Assembly: GCA_964390805.1 (NCBI GenBank)
Contig: CAYMKL010000010.1
Location: 12,158 to 76,157, forward strand
Direction: 5' to 3'
Source of the DNA: an uncultured Anaerolineae bacterium
GTDB taxonomy: Bacteria > Chloroflexota > Anaerolineae > VGOG01
DNA: 64,000 nucleotides
Shown: in pieces, positions 61,695 to 64,000 of the stretch
How the letters are laid out: each line of letters opens with the position of its first letter
Numbering within the stretch: position 1 is the first letter of the stretch
Program-made: the position numbers and the translations under genes
The notes under the pieces: model-generated
Told to the model about the DNA's origin: nothing
The model's database searches: none
The model's input: the letters and a program-made list of their open reading frames with translations, nothing else

Positions 61695-62636
61695 ATGGAT
61701 GAACCTATCGTCGCGGTAGAAGGATTGGTGAAGCGCTACGGGGATGTGGTTGCCGTGGATGACATCAGCTTCGAGATTCAAGAGGGGGAGATCTTCGGGC
61801 TGCTGGGGCCCAACGGGGCGGGCAAGACGACGACCATCAACGTGCTCTGCACCTACACCGAGCCGACGGCGGGGCAAGTTGCCGTCGGCGGCCACAGCGT
61901 CACCGCCGAGCCGGAGGAGGTCAAGCGGGCCATCGGCGTGGTGCCTCAGGACATCTCCCTCTACCCCGACCTGAACGCGGTGGAGAACCTGCGCTTCTTC
62001 GGACGGATGTACGACGTCCCCAAGGCCAGGCTGGAGACGCGCATCGGCGAACTGCTCCAACTGGTGGGGCTGGAGGAACACGCCCGCCGGCGGGTGGAGC
62101 ACTACTCCGGCGGGATGAAGCGACGGCTCAACCTGGCGGTGGGCTTGCTGAGCGAGCCTCGCTTCCTGATGCTGGACGAGCCGACGGTGGGGGTGGACCC
62201 ACAGTCCCGCAACGCCATCTTCGAGAACATCCAGGCCCTCAACCGCCAGGGGCTGAGCATCCTCTATACCACCCACTACATGGAGGAGGCGGAGCTGCTG
62301 TGCCATCGGGTGGCCATCATGGACGAGGGGCGGATCATCGCCCTCGATACCCCGCAGAACCTGATCAACACCCTGGGCACGGGGATCATCCACATCGGGG
62401 TCAAGGACGTAGATGAGGAGATGCTGGCCCGCCTGCGAGCCCTGCCCCAGGTCAAGGCTGTCGCCCGTCGCGACGACACCCTGGCGTTTGAGACCGTGGA
62501 CGCGCAGCGAGCCTTGCTGGACATCATTGGCCTCTTCAACGAGACGGACACGCCCATGACCTCGCTGGAGATCCTGGAGCCGAATCTGGAGAGCGTGTTC
62601 ATCCAGTTGACGGGGAAGCTGTTGCGGGATGCGTGA
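61695..62636 (+). CDS. ABC transporter ATP-binding protein (ABC-2 type)
   Basis: 'GPNGAGKTTT'. 'YSGGMKRRLNLAVG'. 'FLMLDEPTVGVD'. Confidence 0.9.
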   Translation: MDEPIVAVEGLVKRYGDVVAVDDISFEIQEGEIFGLLGPNGAGKTTTINVLCTYTEPTAGQVAVGGHSVTAEPEEVKRAIGVVPQDISLYPDLNAVENLRFFGRMYDVPKARLETRIGELLQLVGLEEHARRRVEHYSGGMKRRLNLAVGLLSEPRFLMLDEPTVGVDPQSRNAIFENIQALNRQGLSILYTTHYMEEAELLCHRVAIMDEGRIIALDTPQNLINTLGTGIIHIGVKDVDEEMLARLRALPQVKAVARRDDTLAFETVDAQRALLDIIGLFNETDTPMTSLEILEPNLESVFIQLTGKLLRDA

Positions 62637-62663
62637 AACGTGAAGCGTGAATAGGAGGGTGAA

Positions 62664-63875
62664 ATGAAGAAGTTGCTGCACATTGCTCTGAACGAGTTGC
62701 TGTTGCTGCGCAAGGACAGGATGGCTGCTGTTTGGATGATCATCCTACCGCTGGCGATGACGGCCATCATGGGGTTGGTTTTCGGTGGCTTCGGCGGAGA
62801 GAGTGAAGCGGTGGTGATTGACCTGCCGGTGGTGGACCACGACGGGGGCGAGATGGCCGCTGTGGTGCTGGACATCTTGTCGCAGACGGAGAACCTGCAC
62901 CTGGAGACGGCGTACGACGAGGAGACGGCTCGCCAACTGGTGACTGATGGCAAACGGGCCGGCGCAGTGGTCATCCCTTCGGATTTCAGCACTGCTATCA
63001 CCTCTGACAAGTCCACCGCCCTGGAGTTGATCGTCGTCCCCGGCGGGCAGACCGCTCCGCTGTTGGAGGGGATGGTGCGGGGTGTCACCAGCGGCTTCTC
63101 CAACGTGCAGACGACGGTGGAAGTGGCCATCAGCGAAGTGCAGCGGGCCACCAGGAGCTACGATCTTGACTATGAAGGCATCGCCAGCCGGGTGGCAACT
63201 ACGGCTTTGGAGCGGCTGGAGGATCCGCCGGTCCAGGCCCAGATTACGACGGTTGGGAGCGCAGAGGAGGAAGAGTTCGACATCTTCGATCAGGTGGTGC
63301 CAGGTTACGCGGTGATGTTTGCCATGTTCACCGTGCTCTCGGCGGCCGGGGGCATCCTGGAGGAGAAGGAGCGGGGTACCTTCAAGCGGCTGCTCATCGC
63401 TCCCATCCCTCAGTGGTCGCTGCTGGGTGGCAAGCTCCTGGCCCAGTTCCTCATGGGCGTGGGTCAGATCGCGCTGATGTTCTTTTTCGGGGCACTCATC
63501 TTCCGCGTTCAATTGGGGAATTCGCTTTTGGGAGTGTCCTTGATCACCCTGGCCACCTGCTGGGCTACTACCAGCCTGGGCATCCTGCTGGTGGCGGTGA
63601 TCCGCTCGCGCAAGCAGATCCACCCCATCACCACACTGGTCATCCTGGGCTCCTCGGCCATTGGCGGCTCCTGGTTCCCGCTGTTCATGATGCCCAAGGC
63701 GGTACAGCAGGTGGCTCGCGTCACCCTCGTCGCCTGGGCGATGGAAGGCTACAATCGGCTAATGATCCTGGGCGGGAGCCTGGCTGACGTATGGGTGGAC
63801 ATCGGGGTTTTAGTTCTCTACGGCGCGGTCTGCTTCGGAGTGGGACTGAAATTGTTTCGGTTCAAGGAGGCGTGA
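62664..63875 (+). CDS. ABC-2 family transporter permease
   Basis: N-terminal TM, large extracytoplasmic domain, then 5 TM helices. Confidence 0.8.
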   Translation: MKKLLHIALNELLLLRKDRMAAVWMIILPLAMTAIMGLVFGGFGGESEAVVIDLPVVDHDGGEMAAVVLDILSQTENLHLETAYDEETARQLVTDGKRAGAVVIPSDFSTAITSDKSTALELIVVPGGQTAPLLEGMVRGVTSGFSNVQTTVEVAISEVQRATRSYDLDYEGIASRVATTALERLEDPPVQAQITTVGSAEEEEFDIFDQVVPGYAVMFAMFTVLSAAGGILEEKERGTFKRLLIAPIPQWSLLGGKLLAQFLMGVGQIALMFFFGALIFRVQLGNSLLGVSLITLATCWATTSLGILLVAVIRSRKQIHPITTLVILGSSAIGGSWFPLFMMPKAVQQVARVTLVAWAMEGYNRLMILGGSLADVWVDIGVLVLYGAVCFGVGLKLFRFKEA

Positions 63876-63886
63876 AGATGAAGAAA

Positions 63887-64000
63887 CCCGATAGAATCAC
63901 TATTACCACCTATTGGTTGGATTGGCTGCTTTTGCCGATCATGTTGGGTGCAGGCTGGCTGACATTCCGTTGGGCGATGGCAGATTTCAACCTGGCGTCG
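63887..64000 (+). CDS. hypothetical membrane protein, 5' part (continues beyond window)
   Basis: 'MKKPDRITITTYWLDWLLLPIMLGAGWLTFRW...' is open to the window end. Confidence 0.4.

Noticed and set aside
1-64000. Searched by eye for tRNA, rRNA, transposase, integrase and phage genes
   Set aside because: None were recognised. Small tRNAs could be missed without a covariance scan (tRNAscan-SE or Infernal would settle it).

Overview
High-GC (~60-65%), densely coded 64 kb window. Gene content (multiheme c-type cytochromes, Tat-exported molybdoenzymes, lipoproteins, an LPXTG sorting signal) points to an anaerobic or microaerophilic, probably monoderm bacterium, possibly Chloroflexota-like; the taxonomy is inference only. 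No rRNA, tRNA, CRISPR array, transposase or integrase was seen by eye. The notable content falls into six blocks.

(1) 1-14.6 kb: a tandemly duplicated five-gene respiratory module. Each copy has a Tat-exported bis-MGD molybdoenzyme catalytic subunit, a 4Fe-4S (NrfC/PsrB-like) subunit, an NrfD/PsrC membrane quinol subunit, an SPFH/band-7 protein and a heptaheme cytochrome c. The first copy also has a CBS-pair protein and a 54-aa membrane ORF. An ArsR regulator gene is translationally coupled to the first molybdoenzyme gene.

(2) 14.6-22.4 kb: an octaheme cytochrome whose lipoprotein signal is in a different frame, a sensor kinase with two CXXCH haem-c motifs in its periplasmic domain, a NarL-type response regulator, a pseudo-receiver, and a 1067-aa lipoprotein cytochrome made of a triplicated pentaheme domain (15 CXXCH).

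(3) 24.2-30.7 kb: an operon of a Tat FeS protein, an NrfD-like protein and a 19-heme cytochrome; a tandem-rhodanese protein with an LPXTG sortase signal; and an 11-heme lipoprotein cytochrome interrupted by one in-frame TGA.

(4) 30.8-41.3 kb: a metallocofactor-assembly-like cluster of unknown function: PadR, DUF364, Mrp/NBP35, two MinD-ferredoxin (COG1149) ATPases, a Gly/Arg-rich zinc ribbon, YggS, three DUF5320-like genes (one frameshifted), two NifX/NafY-like genes, ferredoxins with Arg-rich tails, MobB and a NifU-like scaffold.

(5) 43.7-55 kb: mixed genes with signs of past rearrangement (two short duplicated gene-end fragments, a 5'-truncated trmO), paralogous MBL-fold and zinc-ribbon genes, and an AT-rich element bounded by inverted repeats.

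(6) 55-64 kb: a cluster of CooT, a radical SAM protein and a CDF transporter fused to a NifX-like domain; an OmpR-type two-component system; an MsrB-MsrA fusion whose MsrA active-site Cys codon is TGA (selenocysteine candidate) with a hairpin 5 nt downstream; and ABC-2 transporters.

Three near-identical extended -10 sigma70-like promoters were found. Most antisense ORFs in the six-frame track are high-GC artefacts.
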